Positions 49,850-63,279 of a stretch of DNA of 64,000 nucleotides are shown here, in pieces. The stretch is from contig NC_134479.1 of NCBI RefSeq assembly GCF_964194025.1, forward strand, positions 49,166,001 through 49,230,000, read 5' to 3'. The notes under the pieces were generated by a model. The model ran no database searches. It was not told where the DNA came from and saw only the letters and a program-made list of their open reading frames with translations. Source of the DNA: Convolutriloba macropyga (taxonomy: Eukaryota). The stretch's first letter is position 1; every line of letters begins with the position of its first letter. The position numbers were made by a program, and so were the translations under genes.

Positions 49850-52800
49850 AAACATACCCGGCAGATTGCCTGAAAATAGCCGCCGTTGATTCCAATAAGC
49901 ATGATTGGGATTGAAAGAATAGAAGATATTGAAAAAAAAAGATTTTTGTACAAAAACATTTTTTTAGTCCAATTTATTTTGATGGCATTTCGTAGTTGAA
50001 CATAACGTACTTCTGTTTCTTAGAGAGAGGCTACAGGGGCTACTATCAACACCAATAAGCATTAGAGATGGTAACTAAGACTTATAGGAACGACGTTCAA
50101 ATAGCGGGCATCTAAAATTGGGCTTTATGGGTTTATCCCGTTTCTACTTCTGACATCAATTTTTTATACTGACTCTGTTCATTTTGAATTGCTTTGCTGA
50201 GCAACTGATGCTCAAACTCACTTTTAGCGGAATGAGAGAAGAGAGAAAGTAGACTAGAGAAGTCAAAAAGATTTCACGCAAAATGTCGAAAAAGCGGCAA
50301 AATGAGGTAAAGCGAAACATTTTTTTATTCGACGAAATAAAAAACATAGCAGGACAAGTCCTGACGTACAATTCAAAGAATTTTCATTGACTAAACAGAA
50401 AAATTAGACCTAGAAAGGACTATGAAAGAATTGAGAAAACCATTTTAATAAAATCAGATCAAAAAAATAAAAAAAAAACAGAAAATCAATGTCAAAATGC
50501 CGCATGTGAACAAAAAAAAACCACTAGCGAGAAATGAAAATTTAATTCAAACAAAAAACTAGACCTAGAATGAGCTGTGAATGGATTGGGAAAACCATTT
50601 AGAATAAAATGCGGTCCAAAAAATCGAAAAAACAGTAAAAATCAGAGTGAAACTGCCGCATGTGAACAAAAAACCGCTACCGAGAAACCGAATTTTTGTT
50701 CAAACATCGTTTTCTCACTATACTTTAAAATTAGAGCGAAAAAATTCACGCCGCAAAACCACTCGCTTTTTCGCTCCACTTCCTGTTTCGGCGTGACCAA
50801 AATCACTACTCCAATTTGACTTCAAAAATCATGAAAATGTGTGAACAGATCTTAAAACATAGCCGGAAGAATTCCGGAAACGACTCGGAGGAGAAAATTG
50901 CCCATACTTTTGACTAAACAACTAGAACAACTATTGTGAACCCTGAACCTAAAAAATTTAAGCCATAAAAAATAAAAAATTTAAGGAAGAATAGAAACGG
51001 CATTCAACAACAAATTGTACAAAAAACTAGAATAAATTAATGAGTTTTTTTAATTAGTACAAGGAAACATAAAGCCGAGTAAAATTCCTTTCCAATTAGG
51101 TCAATGGAAAACTCGAAAAATGGGCAAGTCATAATAGGCTAAGGTCTAAGATTGAAAAAAAAAGAAAAACAGCAAAAAAAAAATAAGAAAAAAGGTTTAA
51201 AATTTCTCAATTGTTCCGTCAATTTTCCGAAGAAAAGAAAGATTTACTCAATTGGTAGCTGAATATTCCTTAAGTGACAAGCTTCCATTAAAATCCCACT
51301 TAAAGCATTAATACAAAAAAAAAACAGGCAAAAAATCATTAAATTTCGTCTAAAAATCAGCAAAATCAGCAAAAACTCATCAAAACCCTCCAAATTAGCA
51401 TTAAACTTGAATTAACTACTTGAAACCTTCAATTCCTATCAAAACAAGCCTAAAACTAATACAATATCATAATCAAACCTCATAACCATCAAAAGTTGCA
51501 AAAAAACTGCTTTTAAAAGCCGCACGTGAACAAAAAAATTTCGCTCGCTTAGAGAAAATTTTTTCACACATCAATTTCTCGCTCTATCAAAACAGCGGTA
51601 TGAACAAAAACCACTCTCTTTTCGCTCCGCTCTCAACTTTTGTTCAGCTCCAAAGTCACTCGCAAAACCACTCGTAGCCGGAAGAATTCCGGAAACGACT
51701 CGGAGGAGAAAATTGCCCATACTTTTGACTAAACAACTAGAACAACTATTGTGAACCCTGAACCTAAAAAATTTAAGCCATAAAAAATAAAAAATTTAAG
51801 GAAGAATAGAAACGGCATTCAACAACAAATTGTACAAAAAACTAGAATAAATTAATGAGTTTTTTTAATTAGTACAAGGAAACATAAAGCCGAGTAAAAT
51901 TCCTTTCCAATTAGGTCAATGGAAAACTCGAAAAATGGGCAAGTCATAATAGGCTAAGGTCTAAGATTAAAAAAAAAAGAAAAACAGCAAAAAAAAATAA
52001 GAAAAAAGGTTTAAAATTTCTCAATTGTTCCGTCAATTTTCCGAAGAAAAGAAAGATTTACTCAATTGGTAGCTGAATATTCCTTAAGTGACAAGCTTCC
52101 ATTAAAATCCCACTTAAAGCATTAATACAAAAAAAACAGGCAAAAAATCATTAAATTTCGTCTAAAAATCAGCAAAATCAGCAAAAACTCATCAAAACCC
52201 TCCAAATTAGCATTAAACTTGAATTAACTACTTGAAACCTTCAATTCCTATCAAAACAAGCCTAAAACTAATACAATATCATAATCAAACCTCATAACCA
52301 TCAAAAGTTGCAAAAAAACTGCTTTTAAAAGCCGCACGTGAACAAAAAAATTTCGCTCGCTTAGAGAAAATTTTTTCACACATCAATTTCTCGCTCTATC
52401 AAAACAGCGGTATGAACAAAAACCACTCTCTTTTCGCTCCGCTCTCAACTTTTGTTCAGCTCCAAAGTCACTCGCAAAACCACTCGTAGCCGGAAGAATT
52501 CCGGAAACGACTCGGAGGAGAAAATTGCCCATACTTTTGACTAAACAACTAGAACAACTATTGTGAACCCTGAACCTAAAAAATTTAAGCCATAAAAAAT
52601 AAAAAATTTAAGGAAGAGTAGAAACGGCATTCAACAACAAATTGTACAAAAAACTAGAATAAATTAATGAGTTTTTTTAATTAGTACAAGGAAACATAAA
52701 GCCGAGTAAAATTCCTTTCCAATTAGGTCAATGGAAAACTCGAAAAAATGGGCAAGTCATAATAGGCTAAGGTCTAAGATTAAAAAAGAAAGAAAAACAG

Positions 52801-53466
52801 CAAAAAATAATTAAGAAAAAAGGTTTAAAATTTCTCAATTGTTCCGTCAATTTTCCGAAGAAAAGAAAGATTTACTCAATTGGTAGCTGAATATTCCTTA
52901 AGTGACAAGCTTCCATTAAAATCCCGCTTAAAGCATTAATACAAAAAAACAGGCAAAAAATCATTAAATTTCGTCTAAAAATCAGCAAAATCAGCAAAAA
53001 CTCATCAAAACCCTCCAAATTAGCATTAAACTTGAATTAACTACTTGAAACCTTCAATTCCTATCAAAACAAGCCTAAAACTAATACAATATCATAATCA
53101 AACCTCATAACCATCAAAAGTTGCAAAAAAACTGCTTTTAAAAGCCGCACGTGAACAAAAAAATTTCGCTCGCTTAGAGAAAATTTTTTCACACATCAAT
53201 TTCTCGCTCTCTCAAAACAGCGGTATGAACAAAAACCACTCTCTTTTCGCTCCGCTCTCAACTTTTGTTCAGCTCCAAAATCACTCCAAATTTTTTTACG
53301 CGTTTCATTTCCCGCTTCAAAAATCACTCCAATAAAATTGATTAAAAAAAGGACTCCTCTTCTAGTCGTAAAAAGACAGCGCCCCAATACAATTCAAATT
53401 CTTTGAATTGTAAAAAAAAATAGGAGCGCTATAATAGCCGGCTGAGAAGATGAGGGCGGCTATTAA
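49850..53466 (-). mobile_element. Non-autonomous Helentron-like (DINE/HINE-type) element, family 2, copy A, carrying a central tandem array
   Basis: 10-bp subTIR pair AATAGCCGCC (49875-49884) / GGCGGCTATT (53455-53464); 5' short inverted repeat ATAGCCG...CGGCTAT; 3' hairpin GGCA-GAT-TGCC followed by GTATGTT on the minus strand. Ends match 55349-56938. Confidence 0.65.
50860..53287. repeat. Tandem array, three near-identical copies of a ~812-815 bp unit
   Basis: Unit start TAGCCGGAAGAATTCCGGAAACGACTCGG at 50860, 51675 and 52487; copies differ mostly in homopolymer length. Confidence 0.97.
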
Positions 53467-54916
53467 TTAAAAATTGAAAATAAATTGAGGATAAATAGAA
53501 AATCTCATTGACTGATTGAGAGAAAAACGAAGCAACCATCAATTACATTGTGCTTGCACCAATGAATTAGATAACAAACTTCGACACAAAAATTTACCAA
53601 ATTTCTAAACTAAAATTTCCAAAGCCAAGTAAAACTGTATTCAGTCATTCAGGACTGCAAACGATTATTCGTAGTAGCTGAAATCGAAGCTATTTACTTG
53701 ATGATTTTCTTAAAAGAGGACCTTTTGAGAAGCTTTTGTCGATCTCATATTGCTCTTTTTTAACAGTAAATGTTCTGGAATGAATTTCCTATGTAACTTA
53801 GCTATGAGATTTGCTTACATCTGTAAGTACTACGATTGGGGATTAAAATTGAACTCTCAATAAACTCTCAATTGAAAAGACAAATATATCAAATATTCCT
53901 TAAGTGACAAAGTGAATATTCCTTAAGTGACAAGCTTCCATTAAAATCCCGCTTAAAGCATTAATACAAAAAAACAGGCAAAAAATCATTAAATTTCGTC
54001 TTAAAATCAGCAAAATCAGCAAAAACTCATCAAAACCCTCCAAATTAGCATTAAACTTGAATTAACTACTTGAAACCTTCAATTCCTATCAAAACAAGCC
54101 TAAAACTAATACAATATCATAATCAAACCTCATAACCATCAAAAGTTGCAAAAAAACTGCTTTTAAAAGCCGCACGTGAACAAAAAAATTTCGCTCGCTT
54201 AGAGAAAATTTTTTCACACATCAATTTCTCGCTCTCTCAAAACAGCGGTATGAACAAAAACCACTCTCTTTTCGCTCCGCTCTCAACTTTTGTTCAGCTC
54301 CAAAATCACTCCAAATTTTTTTACGCGTTTCATTTCCCGCTTCAAAAATCACTCCAATAAAATTGATTAAAAAAAGGACTCCTCTTCTAGTCGTAAAAAG
54401 ACAGCGCCGCAATACAATTCAAATTCTTTGAATTGTAAAAAAAATAGGAGCGCTATAATAGCCGGCTGAGAAGATGAGGGCGGCTATTAATTAAAAATTG
54501 AAAATAAATTGAGGATAAATAGAAAATCTCATTGACTGATTGAGAGAAAAACGAAGCAACCATCAATTACATTGTGCTTGCACCAATGAATTAGATAACA
54601 AACTTCGACACAAAAATTTACCAAATTTCTAAACTAAAATTTCCAAAGCCAAGTAAAACTGTATTCAGTCATTCAGGACTGCAAACGATTATTCGTAGTA
54701 GCTGAAATCGAAGCTATTTACTTGATGATATTCTTTAAAGAGGACCTTTTGAGAAGCTTTTGTCGATCTCATATTGCTCTTTTTTAACAGTAAATGTTCT
54801 GGAATGAATTTCCTATGTAACTTAGCTATGAGATTTGCTTACATCTGTAAGTACTACGATTGGGGATTAAAATTGAACTCTCAATAAACTCTCAATTGAA
54901 AAGACAAATATATCAA
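52888..54916. repeat. Tandem duplication with 1025-bp period (52888-53892 and 53913-54916)
   Basis: Near-identical copies; ORFs 53196-53387 and 54221-54412 are offset by exactly 1025 bp. Confidence 0.95.
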
Positions 54917-55348
54917 CGGAAATTTATCTTCGATATACCTGCATTCACATGCAGACCAATTTAAACCCATCAGTGAAGCAATATTTTCAGATAAAATTAT
55001 TGAGGCAATCAAGGGTCATATAATAAACATAAATCTTAAAAAAAAATAATTTTTATCTCGAGACGGATTTTTTGTCTGACAATATCTCCACTAATTACTT
55101 TTTGAGACTGAATTTTGTCAATAAATAAAATAAACGACATTAAACGAAATTATATACAATAAAAACAATTTTAAAAGTTTCAAGAAACATTTACACGCGA
55201 GAAAACCTTTGTTAATCAAGTTCAATTTCAATTATCAGTGAATTTTCAATGCTATATTAGCTCTAAACAATGGAAACTGTTTGAAAACATAAAACAAAAC
55301 CCTACCATAAAATAACTTAAAATCTTTTTAAACAAGTAAAATCTTTTA

Positions 55349-56938
55349 AACATACCCGGCAGATTGCCGGACAGTAGCTGCTATTACCAAACTAAATGAT
55401 TTAAGATATTTTAAGCGCGAATTATTTTGATTTCATTTCGTTGTTGGAAATATTCCTGTTTCTCATTGACAGGATACATGAGCTCGTATCAATACCAATA
55501 AGCACTAGAGATGGTAACTAAAGATTTCACGCAAAATGCCGAAAAATAGGTATAATTACGAAAAGCGAAACACATTTTTTTCGTCGATAAACTAAAAAAC
55601 AGCAAGACAAGTCCTGAATTACAACAAAAAAATGAATGGATAACTTCAAAACTCAATTGACAAACAGAAGAATTGAATAGCAAGCCAAAAAAATAATTAA
55701 CATAATTTGAGAATTATCAAAGAAATTGAATTGTAGATACTCTCGTTAAGGTAACGAGAAGCAATCAATTTTATACAAAACTTTGAAAACAAAAAACACA
55801 AAGTGCTTTCCGGACACAAACAAATCAAAAGCAAAAACCACAAAAATTGAATTTTTTGTAAAAGCAAGTTTTTGATAAAAATTTTCAAAATTCCTCAAGT
55901 GAATGTCGACGGAAACATTACTGTGTTGTTAAAGATTATTCAATAACCCAGCAACAAGACAAGCTAACCATTAATTGGCTGTTTTCACAAAAAATGCAGT
56001 TAGAAAAACCATACAACTTTATTCTAAAAAACGGCGATTTCAAGACAAGAACTACAAAATGACAAAATAGCAGGCTATAATAAAGTTTGGGGTTATATAA
56101 GAGTCGAATAGAGGGCAGAACAGAGGGCTAAACCAGAAAATTAAAATTACAAAAAAGGAGATAAAAATCATATTAAAAACTTTCAAAGTAGCTTCTGTAA
56201 TGGTAAAATCTATTTATTGCCATAGTTTCAAGTTCTGAAGAAGATTCATTGCCCCCAAAAAGAACTTGAAAAAGAACACAACATTTTCAAAAATTAGCAG
56301 AAATCATTAAAATTTTGCTGAGGTTTGTGATGTTAATCTCCTTAAAAACTTATCTGGATCCGTAAAAAATATCCATTCAAATTAAAGCCTGAAAACTGTT
56401 TCATTGGTCACTAAAAGTAAAAAAAAATCTGAAAATTTTTAAAAACTTCTAAAAAAACGTAATAAGAAGTTGCAAAAATAAAAGATAGACAAAGTCAAAA
56501 TCATTCCTGTGTAGTTAAAATAACTTCATTAACCTATTTTCAAGCCATAAAAATTTTTGTTTTGGCCTATAAAAATGAAAACAAATGAAAAGAGACAAAA
56601 AGTATGAAAAACTCGGCATACTTAACAAAAAGAAATCAAGCACAAAATGATAAAAAAAAGCATTTCGTATATCAAAAGAGCCATTTAGAAAAACCAAATT
56701 AACCAAAAATTTTAAGACAACAAGGAAAAATTGCTTCACTCAGGGCTCAAAAACAGCGATAACTGACCTTTTCACAATAAATTTAGGCCTTCCAGCAGAT
56801 TAAGCGCGTAAAAGTTTACTAAAACCAGCTGAGGTGCTCTATTGCTAAAACCATGGAAAAGCGTGTAAGATAGAGCGCCAATACCATCCAAATAGGAGCG
56901 CTATCATAGCCTGCTGAGAAGATGATAGCGGCTATTAA
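55349..56938 (-). mobile_element. Non-autonomous Helentron-like element, family 2, copy B
   Basis: Hairpin CCGGCA-GAT-TGCCGG (55356-55370); subTIR AGTAGCTGCTAT / ATAGCGGCTATT; end motif TAGGAGCGCTAT.ATAGCC.GCTGAGAAGATGA..GCGGCTATTAA shared with 53421 and 54446. Confidence 0.6.
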
Positions 56939-57018
56939 ACATCTTTGACCAAATACTCACATCGAATTAGTATCTTTATTGAATTTTTAGGCATCAGAAC
57001 AAATCTACAAACTCTAAC

Positions 57019-57210
57019 CTATCAATTTGTATCCTTGCTTCGTTAGTGATTCTCTTATCAGTGGTGTCAACATTTCTTTCTTTATCTTCGTAGCCTTTGC
57101 ATCTCCATTTTCAATTGATTTTTCATTTTCCTCGTCTTCGAGTTTTGACTCCATTCTTTTCTTTATGACCTCACCCATATCTTCCAAATCCAGAGAAGAT
57201 GAGTTATTGC
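57019..57210 (-). CDS. TYW1: TYW1 exon
   Basis: TTTCAG|(G)NNSSSLDLEDMGEVIKKRMESK...KEMLTPLIRESLTKQGYKLI(G)|GTTAGA. Confidence 0.93.
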
Positions 57211-57745
57211 CTGAAAAATTTCAACAAAAAATTCTCGGAAAAACTCGGACACAATTGAACACAGCTATGGCCCATTTAGACGACAGCGAGTTTAGCTGAC
57301 AAATAGTTCAGCCGGCCGCACACCAATTCTCATGTCAACGAAAAGTAGTAATATTTTGACGAATCCGATTCTTCTACCAATCAGAATCAGGCGTCTTCAA
57401 ATTTCTCACTTTTTTCCATGTCAGCTAAAACATTTCCATCCATGTCCTGGCAATCGCGAACGTGTAGCATATGAGAATTTAGACTGCTCGAATATTTTAG
57501 TTGGTAACCTAATTTGACAACTAAATTACAAATGATCATTACATCATGGTGTTCTGGACTTCAATGGAGTCCGAAAGCTGAATAAGTCCCCAGCTAATCC
57601 ATTACCCCCAAAAGACGGTGTCAGGACAAAATACCCAATGCCGATATGCCCAATGTGACAAAATACGCAAAATTACCCAATATTTATCCTAATCTTGAAG
57701 TTACCAGAACGATTATTTAGCTTGTGCATTTGACCATGCCTTGAG

Positions 57746-60700
57746 GCCAAAATGTTGTGATTATGTGTAAAATGCTGTTATTGTGACTTTTGGATCAGTA
57801 GCTCAAAGTGTGAGAGGAAAACCAAAAGCAAGTACTCCACTTTGTGTAGGAACGTCCTTTGGGAGTGAGACTTTTCTAAAAAGCGACTTTTGGCTACCTT
57901 TTCTTCAATAAAACTACTAATACATGGCCAAACCTAATTAAGGCTTAAATTACCCTCTCACACACACCGATCCATTTTGGAGCAACAGCAATGCAGCTCA
58001 TTTTTGAAGGTCCCGGCTTCAGAATCAATGAGCCGGAATGCAAGAGTCACCAGCATACTGAAGATGAAAATCATTCCCCGTTTACAAAGCATCCCTTCAG
58101 ATACGCTGACAACATTCAGAAGGCTTTAAATTAGGTGTTCAGAAGCCATCATACTGAATTTCAGCCGAAACAGGCACAATATAAGCTTGACAAACACGTT
58201 TACAACGATCGGAGCGAAACGATTACATACGATTCTGATTATAGCGCCAATCGAAGCGGCTGAAGATAGGAAAACCTGAAGATAAACGGCCTAAACATAT
58301 TGAAGAGAACAAAGTTCCCGCTACCGACGAATCTTGGCGCCTTGACTTTGATGGTATCCGGAAGAGATTTGTTGAAGCTTAAAGCCGCTGCATCGCCAGA
58401 AAGATAAGTTGCCTGAAGGAGAATATTACAAAGGCAGAGCATCAATTCTTTTAAACGTTAAAAAACTAAGAAGACGAAACTGCACTGCGAGAGTGAGCAT
58501 TCGAGTCTGCCACTGGCCGAAAACTGTTCGATTGGCTACACATACCTTTCAATGCGCATACGCGCTCATTGACCACGTGTTCGCACAAGCCTCGCATTAT
58601 ATACCATGAAGAATGGTGTGGGTTAAATCGAAACAAAAAGACAGCACAAAACGAAAAGAACCGGCAAGCAAAAAATATTTAGCGCAAAGCCCCAATACTG
58701 GAATTGAACCGCCGCAGTCGCCAAAACTTGAATCTAACCACTGCAATGAGCTATAGTTGCCAGTACGGGAATTGAATGCCTGCTATGAGACAAAATTGCT
58801 AGAATCGCCAATGAGGGATTGAAACCGACGCCTGCAGGAATGCCCTCTGACTTACGAATTGATGAAAATGAGAACTCCAGAACTCCTGAAGCTCTTCTGG
58901 TGTTCCGGTAACTAGTGAAGAGTGATGGTCAGAGGACGAGCCACCAAAAGAGGCAACCACAACATATCGCCAATAGATTTGAGGTTCTGCTCAAACCTAA
59001 TAACCTTCATAATTACTTGAAAATTGAAAACATTCAACAACCAGATAACCAGCAGCCAGACCATCTATCACTTTCATAGTTTAAACTTCTCTAAAACCTT
59101 CTAATATATATAAAAATGGCCCGTTTGTTTCAATGGCTAGCTATCGTAGTCTCGTCCGACAAGAATTTGTTAGAGCTTCTTTCCCAGTTCATGAAAAAAA
59201 TATGTAATCTCAGTTCAGGAAACAAAAATAGTAAGACCAAGTTGAAACCATCAAGCAATTTAACGTCGTTACAGAATGAAGTCTTTTATTGAACCATTAG
59301 GGCTTCTTTTAATTGTAACCTATAATTTGACAATTGAAGTCATGGGAAAAAACGTTTTCATTTATATTAATACAGAATAACTTAAAAGAAATGTTTGCAA
59401 CGATAAATCTGAACCCCTCATACCCAAGTACAAATATTATTTCCTTTCCTCAAATTGTTGAAAATTTTACCAACGGTTTCTCAATACAAATAGGAGGGAT
59501 CCTAATGCAATAGATCCAACTGCTGCTACAGCTAAAGTAGGGGCGGTAGACAGAAAAGATATCAGCAAGTCAGCGATAGTTTTAACTCAATGTGACGTTT
59601 TGATGTTCTCAAACAGGACAATAGTCTTAGAACACATTTTGAAAAAAAACAATAATTAAGAGTCTCGCATTGAGTACATTTTCAGCATCGAATGTTATCC
59701 AGTTGAAAGCGTCAAACCCATTAAAATATCTTTAAGTGACCATTACATTCTGCAGTAAGAAAAATTACGTAGAGAAGCGCTGGAAATTAGGCTACAACAT
59801 TATCAAGGATCCGAAAAACTCTCGGGAGATTTCTAGTATATTTGACAAAGTCTTTCATACTTTTAATCAAAAACGGCTAACAAACAATTATGATAACCTC
59901 AAAGCTAAGCTAAGAGATTGTCCAAGGTATTTCGACACAAAAGAACAAAAAAAGGAAAAGACATTTTTTGAAACAAAACAAATAGAGTGAAAACACTCCA
60001 ACCGAACAGCACCAATCAAACCCTTAAGCACCAGTTCACTCAATAAAATTTTTTGACAGATCTGAATTGCGGAGATTCGAAAGCTCTCAAAAACCTTCTA
60101 ACCAACATTAACTTTAAAACTTCCGCAGTTATAAAAAATAACGGGGGAAGTACCAGAGGATATGGACGAAGTAACAGGCTCATTTACAGAATACTGTACT
60201 AACATATATGGGAAAGAAGCTCAAAAGCCTGATAAAAAGATGCAAAGCAGAATCACACACTTTTCTAAAACGAATAAGCTAATCGAAAAAGCAATTCAAG
60301 TCAGACAATTTTAGTGAACAAGAGGTTACACATGCAATTCAAAAAATCACCAGCCAAAGTGCGCCGGGCTCTGACGTATTTACATCCAACTTATATGAAA
60401 CATGTTTCAGAAATCTTTAATTCAATAGCTGAAAAAAGTGCCTAATTTGTTTTGCATCTATTACAAAAATGCCGTGTACTAAATTCAGTGTGTTTTGTTG
60501 ATAACTTCAGACCACGAAGCTTGCATAATACCTATCTTGAAATTTTATCACAAGTTCTAGCGTATAGACTCAAAAAGCCAATGAAGATCTATATAGGAGC
60601 ACCAATTTGCTTACCTCCCAAACCACAGCATCAATACGGCTATCTTACCAGCTCGATTGGTTAAGGAAAAATTAGGCACATTAAACTGCAAAAGCAATGC

Positions 60701-61600
60701 ATGTAATGAAGTCAATGGCCAACTCTCGCGTTCCATTCAAATTGAGTACGGTATTAAGCCAGTTTGTCCACTTTCTGGTCTCCTATTTATTCGTAGACAA
60801 AATAAAAGTGATGGTCAATTTGTCGTGGAATAGCCAAATGGCATTCTTTGAACAAAAATCTATACTACCCTACTAAAAACAGCGGTATTGGCCTTCAAAA
60901 TTTGAAAACGCAAATTTTGCCGTGTAAACTGATAGAGCTTGCGAAAACAGGTAAAAGTATAAACAATACAACATCGATTGTCAAATCCAAACCAACTTGG
61001 GCTGATTAAGATTTTAATTACAAAGCACTGGTGCAGTATAGTTTATTTAAACAAGACTATCGAAATTACAAACCTGTCGAGTGCAAAACTTTATCAAAAA
61101 ATTAACAACACGCTCAGAGGTCAATGGAAGAATTGAGGAAAGAGTTCGAACTTTTTGTGACACAATAGATCAAGAGTTTTCAAACACATTGCTGACCTTC
61201 GTCAAAAACCTTTGGAAAATAAAACCATTAACACCGCTAGACAAAAACGTCCTCTATTTGCTGTTTTTGAAGTTAATTAGAAAAACCAACAAAATGGTTG
61301 AAAAACATAACAACACGCCCATTATGCTACTAATGTGAAAAAGACTTCGAAGCACCCGTTCTACGAATGCCCAATTGATGAAACAATTAGATCAATGTTA
61401 CCCATGACTAATATAACAAAGTTGATTAAATATAGAAATACGATAGGACTAAAAGTCTCAGTTGTCAAATTAAATTCGTCCTGGGTTGAAGAGGAGAGCA
61501 CTTACATGACTAAACTATAACCATTGTAAATATTGACTAATTATTTATAAACTTTATACTGCTTTTTGTTAATATGAGTAATTTGTAATTGATTTTTGGC
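57746..61600 (+). mobile_element. Decayed L1/Tx1-like LINE (boundaries tentative)
   Basis: SAPGSD (60358-60375), FRPRSLHNTYLEILSQVLAYRLK (cf. RPISLLN.DYKILSKVLANRLK), and a C-terminal C..C...HPFYEC motif (61324-61372). Many stops and deletions. Confidence 0.65.
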
Positions 61601-61634
61601 GCCATGCCATGAGCGCCATGGCCATGCCTGAGCT

Positions 61635-61726
61635 GCCAGTGCGACTTGATATGAATACAAGTTTGACATGAATACAAGTTTGCCAGTGCGACTTGATATG
61701 AATACAAGTTTGCCAGTGCGACTTGA
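61635..61726. repeat. Short tandem repeat, ~30-bp unit
   Basis: GCCAGTGCGACTTGATATGAATACAAGTTT repeated about three times with a partial internal duplication. Confidence 0.85.
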
Positions 61727-62199
61727 GTTTAATTATAAGAAAACAAGATAGTGATACCGAGTGCTAGTTTGTTATGGGTTCATTGAACGAAGGGATCAAT
61801 AAATTGCGCGTCAATTAACGCCAAAAGACTCATCAACGTTGTAAATTCAATTCTGCTGACAGCATTAATTGTGAAGTTGTTCTGTGATGTCTTCGGTTTA
61901 CATCTTAATTTAGTAAAACTATTCTAATTAACTGGATTCGAGTAATGAAGAAAATTCGCAACGCATGACGGCTGCAAACATTAATCTTAATCATTTATCG
62001 AAGTCTTACTTTTTTGCAATTTTATACATGAGTATTAAATTAAGTGGCTGCAAAATTAAACCCGTTTTTATTTAAAAAAATTATGACTATCGTTTTGTGG
62101 TCGGGCGGAATTGGAGTGTTATGATTTTTTTCGGCACTTCTCTGTTAGTAATTACGAAACGGTTGGTCTTTTCTGTTAACCACAGGAACAAAATCTCAC

Positions 62200-62422
62200 C
62201 TTTGTCAGCTCCATTAGTTTCATCTTCCTCATCTGAGCTCGCAAAATCTTCGTCCTCCGAAGAGTTATAACCATTTGTCTTTTCCGATTTGTTGTTCGCT
62301 TCGCCATTTGGAGTTGAGGCTTCTTTCTCCCCTTTACAAGAGCATGTTTTACAAGTACCGCAGCTCCCACCATGTGAAGAGGCTCCGTTCATCTCGGACT
62401 CGTGAGAGCTCAGAGCTTCAAC
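62200..62422 (-). CDS. TYW1: TYW1 exon (Cys-rich and acidic linker between the flavodoxin and radical-SAM domains)
   Basis: CATAG|VEALSSHESEMNGASSHGGSCGTCKTCSCKG...SSDEEDETNGADK(G)|GTGAGA; phase matches the 57210 exon. Confidence 0.85.
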
Positions 62423-63279
62423 CTATGCGGAACAAATGAGAAAAAAGTATATAGAATAGAATAGAAAATAGATCAAATAGAAAAAAATAGCGGACAACTC
62501 CTGAAATAAATTCAAAAGAATTTGACACAAATTTTGAAAAAATGCAAAGTTTGACCTGACTACCAGCATACATACAAAGTCCCATATCCGCAAAACAACT
62601 TTGAATTTAGAAATAGAAAGCAAAGGCAAAAAGAATAATTCTCAAGATTCGCAAAGAGCTTATTTCTATTGCAATAGTTATCTAAGACAGAAGAAAATAA
62701 ACACACAATAAAAAAAAGAACATTGTTAATTTCCTCTGATACACATGAGAACAAAATGCAAATGGTAAAAGAGGCAATGTAAAGTTAAGAACATAACATT
62801 ATGTAAAATTATAAAATCATTAAATTACTTAGCTAAAAAATTCACCTTACATTAGTAAAAACTGGCCTAAAATGCGAGCATAAAATGTTCTCACAATTTT
62901 ATATGTACATCATGAAGATTAGAAATAAAAATCTAATGCTCTCAATGTCATCTTTCATATCAGTTACTTTTGGTCCTTCAAAAATTCTTTCCAAAAATAT
63001 TCTTTCAGTTCTCTTTTTAAGGAAGCTTTCGCTGTTGTTTTCAGTTTTCTAAAATTGTTGTTTTCAGTTTTCTAGAATAAACACCACATTGGATCACTGA
63101 AAAACACTAAACATTTCTTTCACAAAATTACAAAAAACACAATGTTATACAAAAACTGATGAAGCAATAACCTTATTTCAATCTAACACAACCCAATTGC
63201 TACGATTAGGAAAAAATAAGATGAACAAATACCAAAATTTCAAAAATAACACTTAAATTGCTGATAAATTTCATGTTAA

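Noticed and set aside
53196-54412. Duplicated 63-aa ORFs as a small gene pair
   Set aside because: By-product of the 1025-bp duplication; non-ATG starts and no recognisable domain.
62300-62375. CGTCKTCSC plus acidic stretch as a novel metal-binding protein
   Set aside because: It splices in phase into TYW1, and animal TYW1 proteins have a comparable Cys-containing acidic linker.
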